A stretch of DNA of 63,381 nucleotides, the filler included, from Reclinomonas americana ATCC 50394 (taxonomy: Eukaryota): the NCBI GenBank assembly GCA_048213135.1. It is 19 parts of 19 records of this genome, joined end to end, with 100 filler letters (N's around TTAATTAATTAA, not from the genome) between each part and the next. Parts side by side here need not be neighbours in the genome. Positions count along the whole stretch, not along the records: positions 34,428 to 40,417 come from AFZH01019517.1; positions 40,518 to 41,844 come from AFZH01019518.1; positions 41,945 to 45,880 come from AFZH01019519.1; 16 more parts are not named here. One strand, written 5' to 3'. This document shows positions 35,276 through 43,468 of the stretch, one piece after another; position 1 is the stretch's first letter; each line of letters begins with the position of its first letter. The translations under genes and the position numbers were made by a program. The notes beneath the pieces were generated by a model that was not told the DNA's origin, did not search any database, and saw only the letters and a program-made list of their open reading frames with translations.

Positions 35276-36298
35276 TCAGCGGCTCAGCGCCTCGATGCTT
35301 GCGTCGATCGTGACGCACAGCCCGGCCGGGTCCCAGTCATATCGTACCTCCAGGCCTCGATGCGCTCTGATGGTGCGCTCGATCATGGTCGAGCCGAAGC
35401 CGCTGCGCACGGGTTGCGCCTCGATCGCCGGGCCGCCCGCTTCGCGCCAGAGAATTCGGCTGGCACGTTCGTCGCGATCCACCGTGACGGTCACCACTCC
35501 GGTCTGCGAGGACAATGCCCCGTACTTCACCGCGTTCGTCGCCAGTTCATGGACGATCAGGGCGATGCAGGTTGCTGCTTGCGGGCCAACCGGGCCGTCC
35601 TTGCCATCTATCCGGATTAGTTCGCCAGGGCCTTCCCGATAGGGCGCGAGCAGCCGGGAAAGCAGGTCGACGATGCCGCTCGCGGCATCGGTCCTGCTCC
35701 GGCCGACGAAGGCGTGGGCCCGGTGCAGCGCCGCCAGTCTCTCTTCGATCCTGGCGGCGAAAGCGCGGCTCTCCGGCTCGGAGCGGGCCGCCATCCGGAC
35801 AAGGCTGCTGACCACCGCAAAGATATTGGCGATCCGGTGCGAGAGTTCGCGGGCGACGAGTTCGTATTGCTCCTCGGCCTGCTTGCGCGCGGTGACGTCG
35901 ATATGAGCGCCCTGAAGCAGCAGTGCCGCACCATCGGCATCCCGCTCGATCTCCGCCTTGGCGAGGATCCAGCGTACTTGCCCATCGCTCGGCCGGATGA
36001 TGCGATATTCGACCTCGTAATCGGTCGAGCGGCCGCGAACGGTCTCGAGAAAATGGCCGAGGGCACGGTCCCGGTCATCGGGGTGGATGCGCCGGACCCA
36101 GGCCTCGTGAGTCTCGTGAACCGCCTCCGGCGGCAGGCCGTGGACGACGAGATATTCGGGCGAGCGGGTATTGCGGAATTGGCCGCCGCGCAGGTCGACG
36201 GTCAAGCCGCCGATCTGTCCGATCTTCTGGACGCGGGCAAGTTCGGCTTCGCGGGCCGCAAGGCGTTGTTGAGCGTCCGACGACCCATCCCGATCCAT
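35276..36298 (-). CDS. PAS/PAC-domain HWE histidine kinase
   Basis: IHPDD and YRIIRPSDGQVRW (PAS/PAC); ELSHRIANIF, HELATNAVKYGALS, WREAGGP, GFGS (HWE family). Confidence 0.92.
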   Translation of the reverse strand: MDRDGSSDAQQRLAAREAELARVQKIGQIGGLTVDLRGGQFRNTRSPEYLVVHGLPPEAVHETHEAWVRRIHPDDRDRALGHFLETVRGRSTDYEVEYRIIRPSDGQVRWILAKAEIERDADGAALLLQGAHIDVTARKQAEEQYELVARELSHRIANIFAVVSSLVRMAARSEPESRAFAARIEERLAALHRAHAFVGRSRTDAASGIVDLLSRLLAPYREGPGELIRIDGKDGPVGPQAATCIALIVHELATNAVKYGALSSQTGVVTVTVDRDERASRILWREAGGPAIEAQPVRSGFGSTMIERTIRAHRGLEVRYDWDPAGLCVTIDASIEALSR

Positions 36299-36393
36299 AC
36301 CAGACGCCTCTGCCCGCCGTTACGCGCAGAACTAAGGCAGGGACGCCGTGGATGCAAAGTCATTTGACAAGATCGTCCGGCCGCGGCGCTGCT

Positions 36394-37437
36394 TCAGCTG
36401 CCGGCCTTCATGCTCGCCGCCCAGTAGTCCTCGACCTGCCGGACCAGCGCCGGCGGCAGCGGGACATAGCCAAGAGCAGTGGCGTCGGCGGCGCCGCTTG
36501 CGAAGGACAGGCGGAAGAAGTCGAGCACCTCCTGCGTACGGCGCGTCCGTGGCTTCGGCACCAGAGCGAAGGTGGTGGCGACGATCGGATAGGCTCCCGC
36601 GCCCGGCGCGTCCGTCAGCATCAGCGAGAAATCCTTGGCCTTTGCCCACTCTGCGCTCGCCGCAGCCGCGGTGAAGCTCGCCTGGTCCGGCGTGACGAAG
36701 GCGCCGGCCTTGTTCTGCACCAGCGCATAGGCGAGGCCGGCACGCACGACCTGGCCGAATTCGGCATAGCCGATCGCGTTCTTGGTCGATTTCACCGCAT
36801 CCGCCATGCCCTGGCTGCGCTGCGCGCCAATGCCGACGGGCCAGGGAACCTGCGTGTTGACGCCGACCTTGTCGCGCCATTCCGGGCTCGCCTTGGCGAG
36901 ATAGTCGGTCCAGTTGAAGCTCGTGCCCGAGCCGTCGGCGCGGTAGATCACGTTGATCGGGGCATCCGGCAGTTTCAATTCGGGATTGACCGCCTTGATC
37001 GCCGGATCGGACCAGCGCTTGATCCTGCCCAGATAGATCTCGGCGAGGAGCGGGCCGGTGAAGCGGACCTGGCCGGGGCCGATACCGTCGAGGTTCACCA
37101 CCGGGACGATGCCGCCCATCACGATCGGGAACTGGATCAGAGCCGAGCGCTGCAGTTCCTCGGAGGAGAGCGGGCGGTCGGAGGCGCCGAAATCGGCGGC
37201 GCGCTGGGTGACGCGAACCTCGCCGCCGAGCGAGCCGATCGGCTCGTAGTCGACGCCGATGTCGAGCGGGGTCATCTCGGCGCCGTCCGACTTCGCGATG
37301 CGGTAGGTCTGGGCCCACTTGCCGATGATCGGAAAAGCGAAGCTCGACCCCGCGCCGGTGATCGGCTCGGCATGGGCGGGCGCCACGAAACAGGCGAAAA
37401 GAACGCCGGCCGCAGCCAGCTTGACCAGGAGCTTCAT
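36394..37437 (-). CDS. pstS: Phosphate ABC transporter substrate-binding protein PstS (stand-alone)
   Basis: ITGAGSSFAFP, DFGASDRPL, YRADGSGTSF, YPIVATTF. Confidence 0.92.
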   Translation of the reverse strand: MKLLVKLAAAGVLFACFVAPAHAEPITGAGSSFAFPIIGKWAQTYRIAKSDGAEMTPLDIGVDYEPIGSLGGEVRVTQRAADFGASDRPLSSEELQRSALIQFPIVMGGIVPVVNLDGIGPGQVRFTGPLLAEIYLGRIKRWSDPAIKAVNPELKLPDAPINVIYRADGSGTSFNWTDYLAKASPEWRDKVGVNTQVPWPVGIGAQRSQGMADAVKSTKNAIGYAEFGQVVRAGLAYALVQNKAGAFVTPDQASFTAAAASAEWAKAKDFSLMLTDAPGAGAYPIVATTFALVPKPRTRRTQEVLDFFRLSFASGAADATALGYVPLPPALVRQVEDYWAASMKAGS

Positions 37438-37500
37438 GCGTCACCGTTCTGCCGAGCCTGCGGAGTGCCAAGATCAACGGGGTGACGCTAGGGCGGCGCG

Positions 37501-37518
37501 GTGACGGTGCGATGACGT
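37501..37518 (-). promoter_or_regulatory. Candidate Pho box upstream of pstS
   Basis: Minus strand ACGTCAT-CGCA-CCGTCAC: two GTCAY half-sites 11 bp apart, about 65 nt before the pstS start. Confidence 0.5.
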
Positions 37519-37532
37519 GTACGGCCGGCAAA

Positions 37533-37572
37533 CGAAAGGCCCCGCCGGTGTGGCTCGGCGGGGCCTTCCTTC
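37533..37572. terminator. Hairpin terminator downstream of csbD
   Basis: 12-bp stem AAGGCCCCGCCG/CGGCGGGGCCTT. Confidence 0.7.
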
Positions 37573-37614
37573 AGCGGTCATGCCGGCTTTTCAGCCTGCG
37601 TCGACCGCGAACGG

Positions 37615-37821
37615 TCATTGCCAGGTCTGGCGGCCGTACCAGTCGTCGACATCGGTCCGGACCTTGTCCTTCTCGATGCCGTAGCGCTCCTGGATCTTGC
37701 CTTCGAGCTGGTCGCGCTTGCCGGCGATGACGTCGAGATCGTCATCGGTCAGCTTGCCCCACTGCTCCTTGACCTTGCCCTTGAGCTGCTTCCAGTTCCC
37801 TTCGACGCGGTTCCAGTCCAT
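37615..37821 (-). CDS. csbD: CsbD/YjbJ family stress protein
   Basis: MDWNRVEGNWKQLKGKVKEQWGKLTDDDLDVIAGKRDQLEGKIQERYG; RBS GAGGAG. Confidence 0.95.
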   Translation of the reverse strand: MDWNRVEGNWKQLKGKVKEQWGKLTDDDLDVIAGKRDQLEGKIQERYGIEKDKVRTDVDDWYGRQTWQ

Positions 37822-37858
37822 CGGACGCTCCTCGTGTTTGTGATGGGTGTGGTAAAGG

Positions 37859-37883
37859 AACGCGCTGGCGGCGGAATGGTTCG
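37859..37883 (-). promoter_or_regulatory. Candidate sigma-EcfG (general stress response) promoter for csbD
   Basis: Minus strand CGAAC-N16-CGTT, one mismatch from GGAAC-N16-CGTT; csbD-like genes are typical regulon members. Confidence 0.65.
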
Positions 37884-38016
37884 CGCAAAAGGCCCCGGAA
37901 ATCGATGACGAGGGCTTCGGCCCGAAATCGGCAAACCGCTAAAATGCGAGCTAAATCCGTATCAGTCGGCCAAGGGCCTGCAGGTTAGGGAGGAGCACCA
38001 CAGCCCAGAACAGGCC

Positions 38017-38298
38017 ATGACATACTCATCGCAAGACATCGCGAACGCCCTCCTGCGGATCAAGGAGGATGGGTTCGTCCTCGACAACGACGCCTTCGGC
38101 TACGCCGCGATCAGATGGGACGCCCGCCGGCTCAAGCGCGATTTGCGCGAAGCCGGCTATGCCGGCGCCGACCTGATTCAAGGCCGGATGATGAACGAGG
38201 GCGAGTCGATCTGCTGGCTCTACAACCCCGAAGCGGTCGCCAAGGACAAGGTCGATCGCCTCGCGGCGGCACGGCACTCGGCGCTCTACGGAGAGTAG
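38017..38298 (+). CDS. Hypothetical protein (93 aa)
   Basis: Host-like codon bias; no recognised family. Confidence 0.7.
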   Translation: MTYSSQDIANALLRIKEDGFVLDNDAFGYAAIRWDARRLKRDLREAGYAGADLIQGRMMNEGESICWLYNPEAVAKDKVDRLAAARHSALYGE

Positions 38299-38320
38299 CT
38301 GTCGGCGGGGAGGGCCGCGC

Positions 38321-38512
38321 CTATCGCCCCCGCTGTATGCGGCCGGGCGTTCCGGCGTCCTGTTCGAGGACTGCGGCCTGGCCGTCATAGTCGCTCGCCA
38401 TCGCCGTCAGGCGGGCCGCGCCCTCGCTGTCGCGGGCCGTATCGGCCCAGCGGCGGCACATCAACGCCTTCACGCGCAGGGCCTGAGCCTGCCGAACTCT
38501 GTCATGGTCCAT
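38321..38512 (-). CDS. Small hypothetical protein
   Basis: RBS GGAG before MDHDRVRQAQALR..; helical, host-like codon bias. Confidence 0.6.
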   Translation of the reverse strand: MDHDRVRQAQALRVKALMCRRWADTARDSEGAARLTAMASDYDGQAAVLEQDAGTPGRIQRGR

Positions 38513-39014
38513 GGCGGCGCTCCAACACACCAGATCACCACGCAGCTTGCGACCGTCAGGACCGAAAACGCTTCGATCGCGGGAGTGATCACGCGAGCCT
38601 GAAGCGCCTGAAACGGATTACCGTCCAAGCCGGCTTTTGGATGCACAGGCCGAAATCAGAAGCGTCGAGCTGCCGTGGTACAACTGCGTATCGTCTTCGG
38701 AGTTCACCTTACTATCTGATCGGGAAAGCACCACCGTATGTTGTCGGCAGCGTTAATGTCGAAATGCAGCAGTGATTGCCTCGCAGGTTAAGCATATTTC
38801 TTGACGAAGACTGGCGTGAATTGAAGCGCAGCGTAACTCGGCCTGAAGGAAATTGCCGACCGCTGTTTGAATAGCTAAAATCGGCACGGAGTGTACGAAT
38901 ATCGCTAACGATCAGGCGGTGAGCGTAATCGATCGGAGCGAACGCCGAGTATTACCTGTAACGCGAACATTAAAATGGCGGCGCGGGAACAGTCAAATGG
39001 CAGCAAGTTCGATT

Positions 39015-40124
39015 TCAAACGAGTTCGAGCTGCCGTGCCCGGAGGCGGGCAATGGCAGATGCGTGGGAGCTCGCTACTTCATCCCGGATAGTTGCTAAGG
39101 GGCGATAAGACTGCTCGATCGCTGACAGGAAACCAGATCGGTCAAACTCGTCCATAAGGGCGCTGAGCTCAGCAACGATCGCGGCCTCATGGTCCTGAAA
39201 AGTTCTCTCGGCTGCCAAGTTAGCGGCCTGAAGCCTTTCCTGGTGATCACGTGGATGGATGCCAGGGTCGACCTGCTCACGTGCACGCTCCGGCGGCCGG
39301 TCATCCAGTCGAGCCTTGACGCTATTGTACCGCTCGAAAAAATCGCTGGCACGTTTCACTGAACTCAAGATCGGCTTCCATAGGCCGACATCCGACCCCG
39401 CCCATCCTTCACGCCGCAGTTCAGTGATCAGTTCCAGAGATCTGCGAAAATTGCCGATTACCCCATCAAGATTGAGCGTATCTGACGCGACGGTGCTATT
39501 CGCCGTGCGGTCGATTCGACGGATTCCGCTTCTGAAACGAATACTAATCTCCTCGTCGCTATGGGCATTGAGACACCTGGCCAGTTCATTCCACATGAGT
39601 TGGTGGCGTCTTTGGAACTCCTGCACCTGATCCAAGCGCTTATCTGTGTCCTGCCGCTCGACGATCTGCATCTGCCGTTGAGCGATTACAGCGTGTTCTC
39701 GCATGACGCCCGCCTGCGATCCGAGCAGAATTACTTGCTTCCAGACGAAGTAGGCCGCAAACGCAGCGAGCGCAGCGCCTAGGCCACCGGCGATAAGGCT
39801 CTGGAAGTCGTTCAGAACTGCGGTTGCACATCGTGCTACCGTAACATTCGGTCTAGCAAGGCAGCCGTTAAAGCTAACGATAATTACCGCTAAAGCCGTA
39901 GCCATCACCATTGCGACAAGCAAGCCGGCGAACAGACTCGCGAGAATCTGTACGGTCAAGCGCGCTCGGCCAAAAGTGGGCCGAGAATGGTTCTTGCAAT
40001 TGTGCATCCAAAAGCGCTCCTGACTTCCGAGCGACACCGACAGATTGGGATCAAAACAAAGATCTCTGCGGAGACTGCGGTACTGCCGATGGCGTTTCAG
40101 GCGCGGCCGTCGCCTGGTCATCAT
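39015..40124 (-). CDS. Hypothetical membrane-anchored protein with atypical codon usage; true start probably downstream of 40124
   Basis: 369-codon ORF with two hydrophobic segments then a helical region; visibly more AT-rich than its neighbours. Confidence 0.6.
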   Translation of the reverse strand: MMTRRRPRLKRHRQYRSLRRDLCFDPNLSVSLGSQERFWMHNCKNHSRPTFGRARLTVQILASLFAGLLVAMVMATALAVIIVSFNGCLARPNVTVARCATAVLNDFQSLIAGGLGAALAAFAAYFVWKQVILLGSQAGVMREHAVIAQRQMQIVERQDTDKRLDQVQEFQRRHQLMWNELARCLNAHSDEEISIRFRSGIRRIDRTANSTVASDTLNLDGVIGNFRRSLELITELRREGWAGSDVGLWKPILSSVKRASDFFERYNSVKARLDDRPPERAREQVDPGIHPRDHQERLQAANLAAERTFQDHEAAIVAELSALMDEFDRSGFLSAIEQSYRPLATIRDEVASSHASAIARLRARQLELV

Positions 40125-40175
40125 CTCCGACGCCGGTCTCTTGTTCGTACGGCCGTTGGTCAGATAAAGCGCCAG

Positions 40176-40417
40176 CTATGTCTGCCCGGGACGCAATTTG
40201 TAGAAGACGTGCCGGCCGATCGTGTCCATTTTTTTCAGCTTCCGCGCCCAGTATGGGCGGACATAGTCGGCGTGATAGTGCGTGGAGGCGCCGACCTCGG
40301 CCAGATAGGTCGTGCCGTCATAGACCTCGCGGGCGATGCGGACCGCGTCGCGCCAGGGGCCGGGCTCGGTGATGCGCAGCGATTTGCCCTCGCAGGCGAA
40401 GGTGAACTGGCAGGCGA
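40176..40417 (-). CDS. Cell wall hydrolase (SleB family), C-terminal fragment
   Basis: CQFTFACEG..STHYHADYVRPYWARKLKKMDTIGRHVFY-stop; not in the ORF track. Confidence 0.9.
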
Positions 40418-40603
40418 NNNNNNNNNNNNNNNNNNNNNNNNNNNNNNNNNNNNNNNNNNNNTTAATTAATTAANNNNNNNNNNNNNNNNNNNNNNNNNNN
40501 NNNNNNNNNNNNNNNNNCTCGCCGAGCTGTCCAGGCTGCTTCACGTCGGTCGCCATCCATCTCCCCGGTTCCGGCCGCCCTCGCGAGAGCAGCGGCACAT
40601 TGT

Positions 40604-40680
40604 TACGCGAAGGCCGCCGCCTTGGATGCAGGCGGCGGCTTTATTTTTTCATGCGCATCCGCCCGGAACCGCCGCCGCTA
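40604..40680. promoter_or_regulatory. Back-to-back candidate ECF sigma promoters
   Basis: Minus strand TGCATCC-N16-CGTA (40604-40630); plus strand CGCATCC-N15-CGCTA (40654-40680). Confidence 0.45.
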
Positions 40681-40755
40681 TCCGCCATGGGTGCCGCATC
40701 GCAGGAAGCGTCGGCCAGCCCTTTTGAGATTGCGACACGAACCGGAGGACATCAC

Positions 40756-41544
40756 ATGACCAAGGCTCGCAACCTGCTTCTCGCTCCCACCATGCTCAGC
40801 GCGGCTATTGCCGCGACCGCGGCCCAGGCCGGCACGCTCGCAGTGCTGACCGGCGACGATACGCTGACCATGGTCGATACCGCCACCCAGAAGGCCGGCA
40901 AGTCGATGAAGGTCAGCGGCCTTAACGGCAAGATCGCCGGCATCGACGTTCGCCCAGCCGACGGCATGCTCTACGCGCTCGCTACCGACGGCACGATCTA
41001 CACGGTCGACAAGGCCGGCAAGGCGACGATGAAGTCGAAGATGGACACGGTGCTCGCCGCAAGCACCATGGCGACGGTCGACTTCAACCCGGCGGCCGAC
41101 CGGCTGCGCGTCATCGGCTCGGATGGCACGAACCTGCGCGTCAATGTCGACGACGGCAAGACCACGGTCGACGGCAAGCTGAAATTCGCCGAGACCGACA
41201 TGCACAAGGGCGAGACGCCGATGGTCGTCGCCGGCGCCTACAGCAATTCGGTCAAGGGCACCAAGGAGACGGCGCTCTACGACATCGACGGCAAGATCGG
41301 CGGCCTCCTGAAGCAGGCGCCGCCGAATGACGGTGTGCTCGGCGCGATCGGCAAGCTCGGCGTCACCCCGAAGGCGATCGCCTTCGACATCGAGACGGCC
41401 GCCGATGGCAGCAACACCGGCTGGCTGGTCGCCGATGGCGGCCTCTACAAGGTCGATCTCGCCACCGGCAAGGCCGCTATGGTCGGCAAGATAGCCGGGC
41501 TCAGCGCGGCGGTGCGCGATATTGCGGCGCTGCCGGCGATGTGA
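40756..41544 (+). CDS. DUF4394 domain secreted protein
   Basis: RBS GGAGG, signal peptide, GIDVRPADGMLY, VDFNPAADRLRVI, NLRVNVDDG, AGAYSNS, LYDID. Confidence 0.85.
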   Translation: MTKARNLLLAPTMLSAAIAATAAQAGTLAVLTGDDTLTMVDTATQKAGKSMKVSGLNGKIAGIDVRPADGMLYALATDGTIYTVDKAGKATMKSKMDTVLAASTMATVDFNPAADRLRVIGSDGTNLRVNVDDGKTTVDGKLKFAETDMHKGETPMVVAGAYSNSVKGTKETALYDIDGKIGGLLKQAPPNDGVLGAIGKLGVTPKAIAFDIETAADGSNTGWLVADGGLYKVDLATGKAAMVGKIAGLSAAVRDIAALPAM

Positions 41545-41569
41545 GCTGAACGCGTCGTTTGATTTGCGG

Positions 41570-41606
41570 AAGGCCGCCGTTCCCGAGCGGACGGCGGCCT
41601 TTCTCA
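41570..41606 (+). terminator. Intrinsic terminator
   Basis: AAGGCCGCCGT/ACGGCGGCCTT stem followed by TCTCATT. Confidence 0.7.
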
Positions 41607-41695
41607 TTGTGGGAAGTAATTGAACGGGTGGTCGGGCTTTCGCCATAGTTGCAGTGGAGTCTGCTTAGGGCGACGCAGATGGCGGAGGCGAGGGC

Positions 41696-41844
41696 ATGGC
41701 GGATTGGTCAGACCCGCGCTTGAGGACGTTGACCCTGCAACGCTTCGGCCTCGGCCAGAAGCCGGGGCAGGGCGTTATGCCGGGAGATGTCCGCGAGCGC
41801 CTGCTCGCCGACATTCGTCCTGAGGGCGCGCTGCAGCCGCGCGT
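41696..41844 (+). CDS. Probable DUF1800 family protein, N-terminal fragment
   Basis: RBS GGAGG; LQRFGLGQKPG resembles the LxRFGLGxRPG start of DUF1800 proteins. Confidence 0.55.
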
Positions 41845-41944
41845 NNNNNNNNNNNNNNNNNNNNNNNNNNNNNNNNNNNNNNNNNNNNTTAATTAATTAA
41901 NNNNNNNNNNNNNNNNNNNNNNNNNNNNNNNNNNNNNNNNNNNN

Positions 41945-42331
41945 TTCCCCTTCATGCTGCTGGCGGTCATCGCCTATGGCGTCACCGTCGCGGCCATGGG
42001 CGTGCCGCTCTCGCGCGAATTGCTCAATATCGGCCTGCCTTCGGGCACCGCCTTCGTGCTGACGGTCAGCGAGCTGCTGCTCGCGATCTCGACCATCGTG
42101 CTGTTCTTCGAGATCATGAACGCGACCAGCGCCAAGTCGAGCTCGATCCTCAACCATGGCCTCTCCATGGTGGTGTTCATCGCCTGCGGGCTGATCTTCC
42201 TGTTCATCCCCGGCTTCGGCACCGGCACGTTCGTGATCATCACGCTGATGGCGCTGGTCGACGTGATCGCCGGCTATTCGATCAGCATCCTGACGGCCCG
42301 GCGGGATATGACGTTCGGGAATAACGAGTAA
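41945..42331 (+). CDS. Conserved hypothetical membrane protein (5'-truncated)
   Basis: Four hydrophobic segments; LFFEI..T, ILNHGLSM, DVIAGYSISI..ARRD. Confidence 0.8.
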   Translation, partial: FPFMLLAVIAYGVTVAAMGVPLSRELLNIGLPSGTAFVLTVSELLLAISTIVLFFEIMNATSAKSSSILNHGLSMVVFIACGLIFLFIPGFGTGTFVIITLMALVDVIAGYSISILTARRDMTFGNNE

Positions 42332-42335
42332 GTCG

Positions 42336-42489
42336 CCGTCATTCCGGGGCAGGCCGACAGGCTTGCGCCCGGAACCCATGAACACCGCGTCTCATCGTCA
42401 TGGTCAGGCTTGTCCCGACCATCCGCGTCTTCCTTCAAATGATGCGGTGTTCAAGACGTGGATGCTCGCCGCAAGGGCGAGCATGACGA
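42336..42489. repeat. Two REP-like intergenic palindromic elements between convergent genes
   Basis: CGTCATTCCGGG..CCCGGAACCCAT and CGTCATGGTC..GACCATCC..GGATGCTCGCC..GGCGAGCATGACG; the CGTC-headed hairpin layout resembles rhizobial REPs. Confidence 0.7.
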
Positions 42490-42522
42490 ACTAGAGATGT
42501 CTTCGCCTCAAGGACGACAGCG

Positions 42523-43371
42523 CTACAGCTCGCTCCGCAGCTGCCAGAGTTCCGGGAAGAACGAGCGCTCCAGCGCCGTCTTCAGGAACTTCACGCCGCT
42601 GGAGCCGCCGGTGCCCTGCTTGAAGCCGATGATGCGCTCGACCGTCTTCATGTGGCGGAAGCGCCATTGCTGGAACTGATCCTCGACGTCGACCAGCTCC
42701 TCGGCGAGCTCATAGAGATCGAAATAGCGATGCGTGTCGCGATAGATCGTGAGCCACACCGCCTTCACCGCTTCGCTCGCGACATGCGGTTGGCTCCAGT
42801 CGCGTTCGACGCACTCGGCCGGAACCGGCAGGCCGCGGCGGGCGAGCAGCCGCAGCGCCTCGTCATAGAGGCTCGGCGCATGCAGCAATTCCTGCAGATG
42901 GGCGTGGTGCTCCGGGTGATGCTTGTGCATCGCCACCATGCGCGGGTCCTTGGCGCCGAGGCGGAATTCCAGCGCGCGATACTGATAGGACTGGAAGCCC
43001 GAGGACTGGCCAAGCGCGTCACGAAAGGCGAGATAGTCTGATGGGGTCATGGTCGAGAGCACGTCCCAGGCGGTGACGAGCTGCGCCTGGATGCGCGAGA
43101 CCCGCGCCAGCGACTTGAAGGCCGGTTGGAGTTCATCCGCCCTGATCGCCGCGATGGCGCCGTCGAGTTCGTGGGCCGCGAGCTTCAGCCAGAGTTCCTG
43201 GACCTGGTGGATGGTGATGAACAGCAATTCGTCGGGCGCATCGCTCAATGGCTTCTGCGCCGCGAGCAGCAGGTCGAGGCCGAGATAGGAGCCGTAATCC
43301 ATCCGCTCCTTGAAATCGGTCTGCATGCCCGGCTCGATCCGGCTCTGGTGATCGCCCGTCCCGCTGGTCAT
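42523..43371 (-). CDS. kynA: Tryptophan 2,3-dioxygenase
   Basis: YGSYLGLDLLLAAQ, DELLFITIHQVQELW, SSGFQSYQYR, WRFRHMKTVERIIGFKQGTGGSSG, FFPELW. Confidence 0.96.
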   Translation of the reverse strand: MTSGTGDHQSRIEPGMQTDFKERMDYGSYLGLDLLLAAQKPLSDAPDELLFITIHQVQELWLKLAAHELDGAIAAIRADELQPAFKSLARVSRIQAQLVTAWDVLSTMTPSDYLAFRDALGQSSGFQSYQYRALEFRLGAKDPRMVAMHKHHPEHHAHLQELLHAPSLYDEALRLLARRGLPVPAECVERDWSQPHVASEAVKAVWLTIYRDTHRYFDLYELAEELVDVEDQFQQWRFRHMKTVERIIGFKQGTGGSSGVKFLKTALERSFFPELWQLRSEL

Positions 43372-43418
43372 GATGCCGCCCTCGCTCGTCTCGCGCCTTG
43401 ACTGGGGAGGGGCGCGAG

Positions 43419-43438
43419 ATATTTTAAGCTTAAAGTAT
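43419..43438. promoter_or_regulatory. Palindromic operator in the divergent kynA/PLP-enzyme promoter
   Basis: ATATTTTAAGCTTAAAGTAT, with a perfect core TTTAAGCTTAAA, in a 97-nt intergenic gap; overlaps a possible TTGACT-N16-TATTTT promoter. Confidence 0.65.
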
Positions 43439-43468
43439 TTTGCCGGATCGGCAAGGTCACGGAGCAGG

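Noticed and set aside
38971..38995. tRNA 3'-end/att-like sequence beside the AT-rich islet
   Set aside because: No cloverleaf, no second copy and no integrase.
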